Below, in pieces: positions 1 through 9,639 of a stretch of DNA of 64,000 nt (position 1 is the first letter of the stretch; each line of letters opens with the position of its first letter). The position numbers were made by a program, and so were the translations under genes. The DNA is taken from contig OZ251992.1 in NCBI GenBank assembly GCA_965246885.1, positions 544,001 through 608,000 of the forward strand, given 5' to 3'. The DNA comes from Abditibacterium sp. GTDB lineage: Bacteria; Armatimonadota; Abditibacteriia; Abditibacteriales; Abditibacteriaceae. The notes under the pieces are model-generated. The model did not search any database, was not told the DNA's origin, and saw only the letters and a list, made by a program, of their open reading frames with translations.

Positions 1-174
1 CCCGCGTCCAACGCTGTCGCCTGTTGCGCGGTTGCCGAGCAAGAGGCCGAAGGCGGCGATAAGGATGGACTTTCCGGCGCCAGTTTCGCCGGTCAGGACG
101 TTGAAGCCGTCCCCCGGCGCGATTTCGGCGCGTTCAACGAGGGCGAAATTGGAAATGCGGAGTTCTTGCAGCAT
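1..174 (-). CDS. recN: DNA repair protein RecN, 5' fragment (runs off window start)
   Basis: Not in ORF track; read manually from ATG at 174: MLQELRISNFALVERAEIAPGDGFNVLTGETGAGKSILI, the RecN N-terminus with Walker A GETGAGKS; lies downstream of nadK as usual. Confidence 0.9.
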   Translation of the reverse strand, partial: MLQELRISNFALVERAEIAPGDGFNVLTGETGAGKSILIAAFGLLLGNRATGDSVGRG

Positions 175-216
175 CGAGCCAATTCTGGACGCGAAACGCC
201 CCGCTAAGGCGCCGCA

Positions 217-1893
217 TTATTCGGCCCACACTTTGGCTTCGATGAAGATGGCGAGCAGGTCGGCGTCCAACTTCCCGGCGCGCGCTTCGATGCGCAACAC
301 TTCGAGGGCGCCCTCGTTCGAGAGGGCGCGGCGATACGGGCGGTCGCTGGCGGTCAGGGCGTCGAAGACATCGGCGATGGCCATCATGCGAGCGCCAAGC
401 GGAATGGCGTCGCCTGACAGTCCAAGTGGGTAGCCGCTGCCGTCCATCCGCTCGTGGTGCGCTTGGGCGATGGCGGGCACGGATTCGAGGCCGCGCGTCC
501 AAGGAATTTGGCGCAGGAACTCCCACGACATCTGGGCGTGGTCTTGGATTTGACGGAACTCGCCCACTGTCAAGGTGCCGCGCCGCACGCCCAGCGCGGC
601 GACTTCCTCTTCTTTGAGGAGCGGGCGCGCTTGGCCGCTCGCGTCGCAAACGCGCAAAGCGCGCAAACGGTCGAGGGCCGCCAACCCGTCGCACCAGTCC
701 CGTTCCGAAAGCGGCGCGGGCGGGGCGTTGAGAACTCCCAGCCAGCGCACATCGTTCTCGAACGCTTCGCGCTCGGCGCGGGCGCCACTTTCCAAAGCGT
801 CCAAGTGCGCGACCTTTTCGCTATGGGACAGCGATTCGTCGCGCCACAGCGCCAGTTTTTGCTGACTCACGTCGGCTTCGCGGCGCGCGCAGAAGACGGC
901 CACGCGGCTTTGCAGCGCTTCAAACTGGCTGGCCTCGATTTTTTGGTCTTTGGTGAGGATGGCCTCGCGCACGCCGATTTTGCCAAAGTCGTGGAGCAAG
1001 GCGGCGTAGCGCAGTTCGCGCATTTGCAGCGCCGAAAAGAAGGAGTCGGCGTAGGGGCCGTCGGCGGTGTCGTGAACGGCGAGGGCAAGGGCGAGTGTTA
1101 GCTGCGTGACGCGGCGCGAGTGGCCCGAAGTCGAGGGATCGCGGTCTTCAATGGCGCTGGAGGAAGCGACGACGAACGACTCGAACAACTCTTCGATGCC
1201 GCGCAACAGCAAGTTGTTGTTGAGCGCGACGGCGGCTTGCGAGGCGAGGGTGCGCGCCAGTTCGATGCTTTCGGGGTCAAAGCCCACGACTTCGCGCTCG
1301 ATTGTGGCCCAATCGCACAAAGCGGCGCTTTTGTGCCTTTTGCGGTTGATTAACTGGAGCACGCCGATGGTGTCGCCGTTGTGATCGCGCAGGGGCACGA
1401 CGAGGACGGACTTGGTGCGGTAGCCGTGTTCTTGGTCGAAACGGGCATTGAACTGAAACGGGGCGCCATCGGGGAGGTGATAGACGTCATCGAAGCACAG
1501 CACCTCGCCCGACAAGGCGGAGTATCCGGCAAGGCTGTCGGCGCCAACGGCGAAGCTCATGCCTTGGTCAACGGTGATGGAGTCGTTCTGGGCGGCGCGG
1601 AAAAAGAGTTTCTTGTCGCCCTCGCCATCGTCTTCGACGATGTAGAGTGTACCGCCATCGCAGCCGGTCAGTTCGCGGGCGGCGGTGAGAATCATGGCCA
1701 ACAAGCGCGCGATGTCGCGCTCGGCGGAGAGAGCGAGGCCGATTTGCGACAGGTAGCGCAAGCGCCGCGTGGCGAGTTGCTCCTGCGAGAGCGCGGGGTC
1801 GGGCGTTTGGGTGGCCCGCTCGACGGCGCGCTCAAACACCGGCGAGATTTCGTCGGAAGGAAGAGGGCGGGTTAATACGGCGGACGAGTTCAC
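217..1893 (-). CDS. GAF domain + HD-GYP cyclic-di-GMP phosphodiesterase
   Basis: N-terminal GAF (TKSVLVVPL..IGVLQLINRK); LLHDFGKIG; HHERMDGSGYP; IADVFDALTASDRPY. GTG at 1893 chosen to avoid overlap with nadK; start uncertain. Confidence 0.88.
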   Translation of the reverse strand: MNSSAVLTRPLPSDEISPVFERAVERATQTPDPALSQEQLATRRLRYLSQIGLALSAERDIARLLAMILTAARELTGCDGGTLYIVEDDGEGDKKLFFRAAQNDSITVDQGMSFAVGADSLAGYSALSGEVLCFDDVYHLPDGAPFQFNARFDQEHGYRTKSVLVVPLRDHNGDTIGVLQLINRKRHKSAALCDWATIEREVVGFDPESIELARTLASQAAVALNNNLLLRGIEELFESFVVASSSAIEDRDPSTSGHSRRVTQLTLALALAVHDTADGPYADSFFSALQMRELRYAALLHDFGKIGVREAILTKDQKIEASQFEALQSRVAVFCARREADVSQQKLALWRDESLSHSEKVAHLDALESGARAEREAFENDVRWLGVLNAPPAPLSERDWCDGLAALDRLRALRVCDASGQARPLLKEEEVAALGVRRGTLTVGEFRQIQDHAQMSWEFLRQIPWTRGLESVPAIAQAHHERMDGSGYPLGLSGDAIPLGARMMAIADVFDALTASDRPYRRALSNEGALEVLRIEARAGKLDADLLAIFIEAKVWAE

Positions 1894-1910
1894 GGCAAGG
1901 GTAACGGAGC

Positions 1911-2786
1911 CTACCCGCCCCAATTCATCTTCGAGCGCAAGCGCGCGTAGAACGAATCGGCGGGGTCGCGCAGCAACCGTGCCACCGCAGTGGCTCGCCG
2001 CACGCGCACTAAATCACCGGGACGTAAAGATACACCGACTTGACCATCAAGCGTGAGCAGCGTTGTGAGCGACGACTCCTGTATCTCGTCGCCTTCCCAC
2101 TCGGTCTGCACTTCGAGCAGTTCGTCCGGCCCCACCACGAACGGGCGCTGCGCGAGGGAGTGCGGACAAATCGGGCACACCAGCAGCAAAGGCACGTCCG
2201 GCGGCACAATCGGCCCGCCCGCCGACAGCGCGTAAGCCGTCGAGCCGGTCGGCGTCGAAACGACGAGGCCATCGGCGCGAATGGCCGCCACCACCTCGCC
2301 CCCCGCCGAAATGGACAAGCGCAGGATGCGCGCAAGCGCCGACTTTGCGACGACGGCGTCGTTCAAGGCCAAGCCCCCGCCGACATCCTCGCCGTCACGC
2401 CACACCCGCGCATCCAGCATCATCCGCTCCTCGACGTGAAACTCGCCGTCGAGTAAACGCTTGAAGTCGCGCTCCAAATCATCGGGCCGCACGGCGCTGA
2501 GGAACCCCAAGCGGCCCAAGTCAACGGCCCAGATGGGCGTGTTAAACGGCACCGCCGCGCGCGCCGCCGCCAACACGCCGCCATCGCCCGATAGGGTGCA
2601 AAGCACATCGCACGAGGCGACCTCTTCGGACAATGGACACCCGTCGCCGCCCAGTTCGCGCGGCGCGTGGTGCTCGACTTGCAAGTGCACTTCCAAGCCG
2701 CGCGCGCGCGCCCATCCCGCCAAGCTGGTCGCCAAGGTTGCCGCCCGTTCTTTGCCGGGGGCCGCGAAAATTCCAAGAGAACGCAT
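1911..2786 (-). CDS. nadK: NAD(+) kinase
   Basis: SGDGG, GRLGFL, LND, DGLVVSTPTGSTAYALSAGGPI motifs. Confidence 0.95.
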   Translation of the reverse strand: MRSLGIFAAPGKERAATLATSLAGWARARGLEVHLQVEHHAPRELGGDGCPLSEEVASCDVLCTLSGDGGVLAAARAAVPFNTPIWAVDLGRLGFLSAVRPDDLERDFKRLLDGEFHVEERMMLDARVWRDGEDVGGGLALNDAVVAKSALARILRLSISAGGEVVAAIRADGLVVSTPTGSTAYALSAGGPIVPPDVPLLLVCPICPHSLAQRPFVVGPDELLEVQTEWEGDEIQESSLTTLLTLDGQVGVSLRPGDLVRVRRATAVARLLRDPADSFYARLRSKMNWGG

Positions 2787-2800
2787 GGTGGGGTCAGGGG

Positions 2801-4420
2801 TCAGCCGATGGGTGCCGCGTTTTTGAGGCGGTCGAGGTTGGCGCGGGCGCCGGGGTTGTTCGGGGCGACGTCAAGAGCCTGCGTGTAGGCTTCGAGAGCG
2901 CCCTTGCGGTCGCCGCGCGCTTCGAGCGTCACACCCAAGTCGTTCCACGCGTCGCCGTTTTTCGGATCGGCTTTGAGCAGGTCGTTGTAAGCAGTCAAGG
3001 CGCCCGCGTAATCTTTGTTGAGGTACAGCGCGCGGCCCAAGCCGGAGCGCGCTTCGCGGTCTTGGGGGGCAATTGCGAGCAGCTTTTTATACTCTTCGGC
3101 GGCTCTTTGATAATCCTTTTGGGTCAGGTAGTTGCTGGCCAAGCCGGAGTGAGCCGTTGCCGCGCGGGTGCGGGCCAAGGCGCGATTGACGGGGGCGCTG
3201 GCAGTTTTGAGTTGGGCCTCGGCTTGGGTCGCCAACTGCCCCCACTGTGCGTTGGACTCCTCGAACTTGTCTTGCGCGGCCAGCACGATGGCCAAGTTAA
3301 TCCGCGCATCGGGAAAGTTCGGCTCCAGTTTGAGCGCGTCGTTAAAGCGATTGATGGCGTCGTCAAAGTGCCCGCGCTTGAAGGCGATGCGCCCGATGTT
3401 GTTCTTGGTCGCGGCGTCTTGGGGGCGCAACTTCTCGGCGAGGGCATACTGGGCGAGAGCTTCATCGAAACTGGGCATGTGGTCGAGCGCCACCGCGAGG
3501 TTGAAGCGGCCCGTGAAGTCGTCGGGCTTCAATAAGACGTAGCGTTTGAGCACAGTTGTAGCATCGGCGTAGTGACCGGCTTTGAGGTGCAAATCGCCCA
3601 TTTGAAGCAAGGCGGGCGCGTTGGTGGGGTCGAGTTGCAAGAGGGTGCGCAGTTGGGCGGTGGCGTCGTCGGGGCGGCCCGCTTTGATGAGGGCGAGGGC
3701 GAACTTCCACGCGTAGTCGGGGTTTTTGGGCGCAAGCGTGACGGCGCGCTTCCAAGCGCCCAGCGCGCCTGCGGTGTTGCCGGTGTGCCCCAAGGCGTCG
3801 CCCAAGCCGTCTTGCACGCTGGCGTCTTGCGGGTTGGCGAGGGCGAGGGTCTTCAAGTGAGGGAGCGCCCCGGCGAAATTGGAGTCGGACAACAGCGCAA
3901 AGGCGAGGTTGTAGCGGGCGTCGGTGTAGGCCGGGTCGAGCGCTAAAGCGCCCTCGAAGGCGCGTTTGGCTTCGGGCAGTTGGCCTTTGTTCCAGCGCGC
4001 AAAGCCGATGTTGTTCAAAAGCTGGGCGCGGGAGTGAACGTCCAAGTTTTTGGCGTTGTCCTGCGCGCTTCCGAGGGCGGCGAGGGCGGCGTCCCACTGC
4101 TTTTGTTGCAAGCGGACAAAACCCAGAAACGACAGGGCGCCCGCATCGCCGGGAGATAATTGCGAAGCGCGCTCGAAGCTGGCGGCGGCGGCGTTCCAGT
4201 CGCTTTTCTTGAGGGCCGCGAGTCCGGCGTTATACGCGGCGGTGGCCAAACGCAGCCGCTCGGCATCGTCGGCAGGAGTAGCCGGAGCGGGGGTGGGCGG
4301 GGGCGCAGCTTTGGCCGCCGGGGTGGGCAGGGGAGCGGGAGGCGCGACCGGCGTCGTTTGCGCGAGGGCGACGGTTCCGAACAGGCAGAGAAAGCCCGAC
4401 AACACAACGAAAGTTTTCAT
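2801..4420 (-). CDS. Secreted tetratricopeptide-repeat protein
   Basis: Signal peptide, Pro/Ala linker, then many 34-aa TPR units (e.g. ARYNLA, AWNDLG, ALxLDP). Confidence 0.88.
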   Translation of the reverse strand: MKTFVVLSGFLCLFGTVALAQTTPVAPPAPLPTPAAKAAPPPTPAPATPADDAERLRLATAAYNAGLAALKKSDWNAAAASFERASQLSPGDAGALSFLGFVRLQQKQWDAALAALGSAQDNAKNLDVHSRAQLLNNIGFARWNKGQLPEAKRAFEGALALDPAYTDARYNLAFALLSDSNFAGALPHLKTLALANPQDASVQDGLGDALGHTGNTAGALGAWKRAVTLAPKNPDYAWKFALALIKAGRPDDATAQLRTLLQLDPTNAPALLQMGDLHLKAGHYADATTVLKRYVLLKPDDFTGRFNLAVALDHMPSFDEALAQYALAEKLRPQDAATKNNIGRIAFKRGHFDDAINRFNDALKLEPNFPDARINLAIVLAAQDKFEESNAQWGQLATQAEAQLKTASAPVNRALARTRAATAHSGLASNYLTQKDYQRAAEEYKKLLAIAPQDREARSGLGRALYLNKDYAGALTAYNDLLKADPKNGDAWNDLGVTLEARGDRKGALEAYTQALDVAPNNPGARANLDRLKNAAPIG

Positions 4421-4548
4421 TCAAAAAATGGCCTAATAAGATGGCGGCCCACCGAAAATTGCGGGCGCGCAAAAGTGTGGCTGATTTAGACGCTCCGTGC
4501 GGCCCGAAAGAGGTGAAGCGGCCAAAGAGTCGCCGCCCTCGGCGCTCC

Positions 4549-4670
4549 GGCGACAGACGTCCGCGCTCCAGTGACAGACGCCGGTGACGCGATGACAGAC
4601 GTCGGCGGACGACTGACGGACGTCTGTCACTGAAGCGCGGACGTCTGTCAAACGCAACGGGACGCCCGCG
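4549..4670. repeat. Degenerate 21-bp-period repeat array, two halves in inverted orientation
   Basis: GACAGACG core three times at 21-bp spacing, then reverse core CGTCTGTCA twice at 21-bp spacing. Confidence 0.7.
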
Positions 4671-4690
4671 CCGGTGTCCAAGAGTGCCCG

Positions 4691-6652
4691 ATGATTCGAC
4701 CTCTGCTTCCTCTTGTATGCGGTATGGCCTGTGCGCTCACGCTTTTCACCCCTGCTCATGCGCAGGATAAAACCCGTCCGTTCTTGCACCCGCTTTTCTC
4801 TGACGGCGCCGTCTTGCAGCGCGACCGCAAAGTCCCTGTGTGGGGCTACGCCAAACCCGGTGAGCCGGTCATCGTCGTTCTCGATGGCGGCAAAAAGAAC
4901 GTCGCGCGCGCCGACCTCGCCGGGCGCTGGACGACATCCATCGGGCCGGTCAAAGCGGGCGTGGGGCATACGCTCGACGTGTTGGGAACCGACCCCGCCG
5001 AACACGAAACGCGCCGCGACATCGCGTTTGGCGACGTGTGGCTCTGCTCCGGGCAATCGAACATGGAAATGTCGTTCGATTGGGGCATCAAAGACGTGGA
5101 CGCCGAGCGCAAAGCGGCCAACTACCCCAATATCCGCTTCCTCAAAATCCCCAAAGCCACCGCATCGCGCCCTCAATCCACCTTTGACGCGCGGTGGCAA
5201 AGCGTCTCGTCGGCTAATGTCGGCCAGTTTTCCGCCGCCGGGTATTTTTTCGGACGCGAACTGCACCAGAAGTTGGGTGTCCCCATCGGCCTCATTGATT
5301 CGACATGGGGCGGCACCCCCGGCCAAGCGTGGGCAAGCGGCGAGGCAATGGAAACCATGCCCGACTTCCGCGACGCCGTCCGCTCCCTGCGCTCCGCCAC
5401 CGATGGCGTGCCCTACGCCGACCAACTCAAAGCGTGGAACGAAAAGTATGATCCGGCCTTTAAAAACGGCTGGGTCAAGCCCGACTTTGACGACTCCGCT
5501 TGGAAAACCACGACCGTGCCGGGCAACTTTACCACCGATGCCAAAGGCGACATCAGCACCTTTTTAGGCTCCGTTTGGTGTCGCAAGGAAGTGGACGTGC
5601 CCGCGAACATGGCCGGTCAAGCCGCCACCCTTTCACTTGGCACCATAGACGACAACGACGATACCTTCTGGAACGGCGAACTCATCGGCTCAACCATCGG
5701 TTATGGCAAACCGCGCTCTTACGCCCTGAGCGCCGACAAAATGCACGCGGGAAAGAACATCCTCACCGTGCGCGTGCTTAACACCGGCGGGCCGGGCGGC
5801 ATCGTTGGCAAGCCCGAAGAAGCGGTCATCAAGGGCGCTGGAAGCACGGTTTCCTTGGCCGGAGAGTGGCGCTTGTCGCGCTCCCTTGCTTTTGCGGACG
5901 TGGCCCAAACCCCGCCGCCCGTTGACATGGCAAACAACCCCGGCGTCCCCAGCGTGTTGTTCAACGGCATGATCGCGCCCCTCACCCCCTATGCCCTCAA
6001 GGGCGCCATTTGGTATCAGGGCGAATCGAACGCCGGCGCGCCCGACCAATACAAAATCCTGCTGCCCAAGCTCATTTCCGACTGGCGCGGACGCTTTGGC
6101 TCAGGCGACTTTCCCTTTTACATCGTGCAGTTGGCGAGCTTTATGGCGCCCGACGAACAGCCCCCGACGGGCACCGGATGGACTGGGTTGCGCGAAGCGC
6201 AAGAGTTCGCCTCGCGCGCCGTTCCTAATTCGGCCTACTCCGTCACCACCGACATCGGCGACGAAAAGGACATCCACCCCAAAGACAAGCAGGATGTCGG
6301 CAAGCGTCTGGCACTGCTCGCCCTCGCGCACACCTACGGACAGAAAATCGAGTCGAGCGGCCCGACCGTTCACGCCATGACCGTCGAAGGCGACGCCATC
6401 CGCTTGCGATTTGACCACGCTGAGGGCGGCGTTAAGTTGGCGGGCGAGTCGGATAAAGTCTTCGCCATCGCGGGCGCCGACCAGAAATGGGTGTGGGCCA
6501 CGCCAACCGTAGACGGCAACTCGCTTGTTCTACGCGCTCCGGGCGTGTCCAAACCCGTTGCCGCGCGCTTCGGGTGGAGCAACTTCCCGCGCGGCAACGT
6601 TTATAACGGCGCGGGCCTGCCGATGGCGCCCTACCGCTCCGACAAGTGGTAG
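4691..6652 (+). CDS. Sialate O-acetylesterase family (SASA) carbohydrate esterase
   Basis: Signal peptide; LFSDGAVLQR, GDVWLCSGQSNM, WYQGESN, DIHP motifs; inserted beta-sandwich domain. Confidence 0.9.
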   Translation: MIRPLLPLVCGMACALTLFTPAHAQDKTRPFLHPLFSDGAVLQRDRKVPVWGYAKPGEPVIVVLDGGKKNVARADLAGRWTTSIGPVKAGVGHTLDVLGTDPAEHETRRDIAFGDVWLCSGQSNMEMSFDWGIKDVDAERKAANYPNIRFLKIPKATASRPQSTFDARWQSVSSANVGQFSAAGYFFGRELHQKLGVPIGLIDSTWGGTPGQAWASGEAMETMPDFRDAVRSLRSATDGVPYADQLKAWNEKYDPAFKNGWVKPDFDDSAWKTTTVPGNFTTDAKGDISTFLGSVWCRKEVDVPANMAGQAATLSLGTIDDNDDTFWNGELIGSTIGYGKPRSYALSADKMHAGKNILTVRVLNTGGPGGIVGKPEEAVIKGAGSTVSLAGEWRLSRSLAFADVAQTPPPVDMANNPGVPSVLFNGMIAPLTPYALKGAIWYQGESNAGAPDQYKILLPKLISDWRGRFGSGDFPFYIVQLASFMAPDEQPPTGTGWTGLREAQEFASRAVPNSAYSVTTDIGDEKDIHPKDKQDVGKRLALLALAHTYGQKIESSGPTVHAMTVEGDAIRLRFDHAEGGVKLAGESDKVFAIAGADQKWVWATPTVDGNSLVLRAPGVSKPVAARFGWSNFPRGNVYNGAGLPMAPYRSDKW

Positions 6653-6669
6653 AAAAATGGGGGCACCGG

Positions 6670-6698
6670 GGCGTAAACTGGCGGTGCCAGTTTACGCC
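6670..6698. terminator. Hairpin between convergent genes
   Basis: GGCGTAAACTGGC-GGT-GCCAGTTTACGCC, perfect 13-bp stem. Confidence 0.6.
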
Positions 6699-6718
6699 TC
6701 CGCGTTCGCCGTCCCCGC

Positions 6719-7486
6719 TTAGTCAATCAGTGTTTCCGCGCCGTCCACGAAGATTTCGGTGCCGGAAATGTGCTGCGAAGCGACGGAGGCCAGAAACAGG
6801 GCGAGTTGGGCGACATGGTTCGCTTTGCCGTCGTTGAGGGGCGTGCGGCCTTGAGGATACTCGACGGGCAAACCGACCGTTTCCGTGTCGCGCTGCTCGG
6901 TAGATTGGGCGATGTGCGTGGCGATAGCGCCGGGGCAGATGGCGTTGATGCGCACTCCATGCTTGGCAAACTCGACGGCGAGCGATTTCACGAGCACAAC
7001 CTGCCCCGCTTTGGTGCAGGAATACGCGATGCGCTCGCCCTTAAACACGCGCGTGCCGTTGACGCTCGCCGTCACGAGCATCGAGCCGCCGCGCCCCTTG
7101 AGGTGCGGGAAAGTATATTTGAGCGTCAGGAAGGTGCCGCGCAAGTTAATGCTTTGCGTTTTGTCCCACTCCTCCGGCTCCAACTCTTCGATGGGCGCCC
7201 ACACGCCGTTGATGCCCGCGTTGGCAAACACCACGTCCAATTGCCCGAACTCCTCAACCGCGCGGGCAACCGCTTCTTGCACCGCATCCGCTTTGGAAAC
7301 ATCCGTTTGCAGCGCGAGCGCTTGGCCACCAATCTCTTCAATCTGCGCGACCGTGCGCTCCAACTCTTCGGCGGACGCATCCACCGCCGCAATGGAAGCG
7401 CCCTCGTGGGCGAAGAGGAGCGCCGTCGCCTTGCCAATTCCCGACCCGGCGCCGGTGATAAACGCCACTTTATTAGCCAGTAACAT
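6719..7486 (-). CDS. Short-chain dehydrogenase/reductase
   Basis: TGAGSGIG, NAG and YxxxK (YSCTK) motifs. Confidence 0.92.
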   Translation of the reverse strand: MLLANKVAFITGAGSGIGKATALLFAHEGASIAAVDASAEELERTVAQIEEIGGQALALQTDVSKADAVQEAVARAVEEFGQLDVVFANAGINGVWAPIEELEPEEWDKTQSINLRGTFLTLKYTFPHLKGRGGSMLVTASVNGTRVFKGERIAYSCTKAGQVVLVKSLAVEFAKHGVRINAICPGAIATHIAQSTEQRDTETVGLPVEYPQGRTPLNDGKANHVAQLALFLASVASQHISGTEIFVDGAETLID

Positions 7487-7528
7487 ATCGCCGCACGGCG
7501 AAAGCGAATCCGGTGCCAGCGAGCCGCT

Positions 7529-9556
7529 TTAAGTCGCGGATACCGCCGCCTTTTTCCCGGCCCGCGCTTGCCCATTGGCGCCGTTTTTGGCGGCGCCTGC
7601 CTTGGCTTTGGGCGCTGCCACTTTCTCCAACTGCGCGCGGAGGGTGCGCTCGATTCCGGCGCTGTCGAGGCCCAGTTCGTCGCGCTGGATTTTGGGGCTG
7701 GCGTGGTGGATGAACTCGTCGGGGATACCGACGAGTTCGAGGGGAACGAGGATTTCTTCGCGGGCGAGCAGTTCCAAGACCGCGCCCCCGAAGCCGCCTT
7801 GCCGCGCGTTTTCTTCGACGGTGACGATGCGCCCGGAGCGGCGCGCGACGCCACTGATTAGTCCTTCATCCAAGGGCTTGACGAAGCGGGCGTTAACGAG
7901 GGCGACCTTTTGCCCTTCGGCGCGCAACTTCTCGACGGCGGGAAGCGCCATTTGGACGGAGTAGCCGATAGCGAAAACGGCGACATCGAACTCTTCGGTT
8001 TCATCGCCGCGCAAGAGTTCGCCGACGCCGATGGGCATCGGCTCAATGGGGCCGCTCAGGTCAAGGCCCACGCCGTTGCCGCGCGGGTAGCGGATGGCGC
8101 TGGGGCCGGAGTGTTCGACACTCGTGCGGAGCATGGAGCGCAGTTCGCCCTCGTCGGCGGGCGCCATGACGACCATGTTGGGGATAGAGCGGAGGTAGCT
8201 TAAGTCCATGACGCCCTGATGCGTCGCGCCGTCTTCGCCGACCAAACCGCCTCTATCCAACGCGAAAGTGACGGGTAATCCTTCGGGGCGGTGCTGGCAC
8301 ACGTCGTGAATGATCTGGTCGTAGCCGCGCTGCAAAAAGGTGGAGTAGATGGCGACGACCGGATGCAAGCCGCGCAGCGCGAGGCCGGACGCGAAGGTGA
8401 CGGCGTGTTCCTCGGTCATGCCGACATCGAAGCCGCGCGTCGGAAAGGCCTCGATGAACTTATCAATGCCCGTCCCGCCTGGCATGGCGGCGGTGATGGC
8501 GACGATTTTTTCGTTGTCGCGCGCCAACTCTATCAAGGCGTCGGAAAAGACCTTGGTGTAGGAGGGGGCCGCTTTGGGCTTAACCAAAGTCGCGGAGTCT
8601 TCTTGGAGGGCGTCCTTTTTGGATTCGCCAAAGCCTTCTTTCTCCAATTCGGCGGGGGTGGCGGCGTGCCACTTGATTTGGCCGTCGGGCTTTTCGGCTT
8701 TCTCGAAGCCTTTGCCCTTAACAGTCACGGCGTGGATGAGGACGGGGCCGTTGATGCCCTTGGCGGTCTTGAAGGCTTCGATGAGGTCGGAGTAGTTGTG
8801 GCCGTTGATGGGGCCGATGTAGTGGTAGCCTAACTCCTCGAACCACAATCCCGGCACGACCATTGATTTTACGCCCGCGCGTAGCTTCTGGCCGACTTCA
8901 ACGACGATTTCGCCGCCGGGAAGCTTGCGGAAGATTTCTTCGAGGCTTTGGCGCGTGTTCTTATAAACCGGGTCGGTGCGAACGCGGCGAAAGTAGGTGG
9001 CCAAGGCGGACGAGTTGTGCGAGATGCCCATCTCGTTGTCGTTGAGCACGACAATCATCTTGCGCTTTTGGTGTCCGACTTGGTGCAAGCCTTCGAGGGC
9101 CAACCCCCCGACAAGCGAGCCGTCGCCAATCACGGCGATGACGTTCTCGTGGTCGCCGAGCAAGTCGCGCGCGACGGCGTAGCCCAAGGCCTGCGAGATG
9201 GAAGTCGAGCCGTGACCGGGGTTGGTGGTGTCGTGCGGGGATTCCTCAATGCGCGGAAAGGGCGCGATGCCGTTCTTTTGGCGCAGAGTGTGGAAGCGGT
9301 CGCGGCGCCCGGTCAGGATCTTGTGCGCGTAGGCTTGGTAGCCGACATCCCACACGAACTTATCGCGCGGCGAGTCGAAGACGTAGTGCAGCGCGACGCA
9401 CAAGTCAACGGCGCCCAATGGCCCGCCAAAATGTCCGCCGGTGTGGGCGATGGTGTCAATGATGAACTGGCGAACTTCCGCCGCGACTTCTGGTAATTGG
9501 GACGGCGACAGGTGTTGCAAGTCGCTCGGTGAGTTGATGTGCGGCAGGTATTTCAT
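7529..9556 (-). CDS. dxs: 1-deoxy-D-xylulose-5-phosphate synthase
   Basis: WDVGYQAYAHKILTGR, GDG..NDNEM, YSTFLQRGYDQIIHDV, DGATHQG; start MKYLPHI (the longer ORF start runs through a repeat). Confidence 0.96.
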   Translation of the reverse strand: MKYLPHINSPSDLQHLSPSQLPEVAAEVRQFIIDTIAHTGGHFGGPLGAVDLCVALHYVFDSPRDKFVWDVGYQAYAHKILTGRRDRFHTLRQKNGIAPFPRIEESPHDTTNPGHGSTSISQALGYAVARDLLGDHENVIAVIGDGSLVGGLALEGLHQVGHQKRKMIVVLNDNEMGISHNSSALATYFRRVRTDPVYKNTRQSLEEIFRKLPGGEIVVEVGQKLRAGVKSMVVPGLWFEELGYHYIGPINGHNYSDLIEAFKTAKGINGPVLIHAVTVKGKGFEKAEKPDGQIKWHAATPAELEKEGFGESKKDALQEDSATLVKPKAAPSYTKVFSDALIELARDNEKIVAITAAMPGGTGIDKFIEAFPTRGFDVGMTEEHAVTFASGLALRGLHPVVAIYSTFLQRGYDQIIHDVCQHRPEGLPVTFALDRGGLVGEDGATHQGVMDLSYLRSIPNMVVMAPADEGELRSMLRTSVEHSGPSAIRYPRGNGVGLDLSGPIEPMPIGVGELLRGDETEEFDVAVFAIGYSVQMALPAVEKLRAEGQKVALVNARFVKPLDEGLISGVARRSGRIVTVEENARQGGFGGAVLELLAREEILVPLELVGIPDEFIHHASPKIQRDELGLDSAGIERTLRAQLEKVAAPKAKAGAAKNGANGQARAGKKAAVSAT

Positions 9557-9563
9557 AGCGAGT

Positions 9564-9639
9564 GGGATTTGGGGTTGGGGGTTAGGGTTGAAAGCATTGT
9601 CGCCCTCAACCTCAAAGCCTACATCCTGAACCCCGAACC
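9564..9639. repeat. Inverted heptamer-repeat element
   Basis: GGGATTT GGGGTTG GGGGTTA GGGTTGA ... CCTACAT CCTGAAC CCCGAAC: 7-bp period, opposing arms. Confidence 0.6.
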
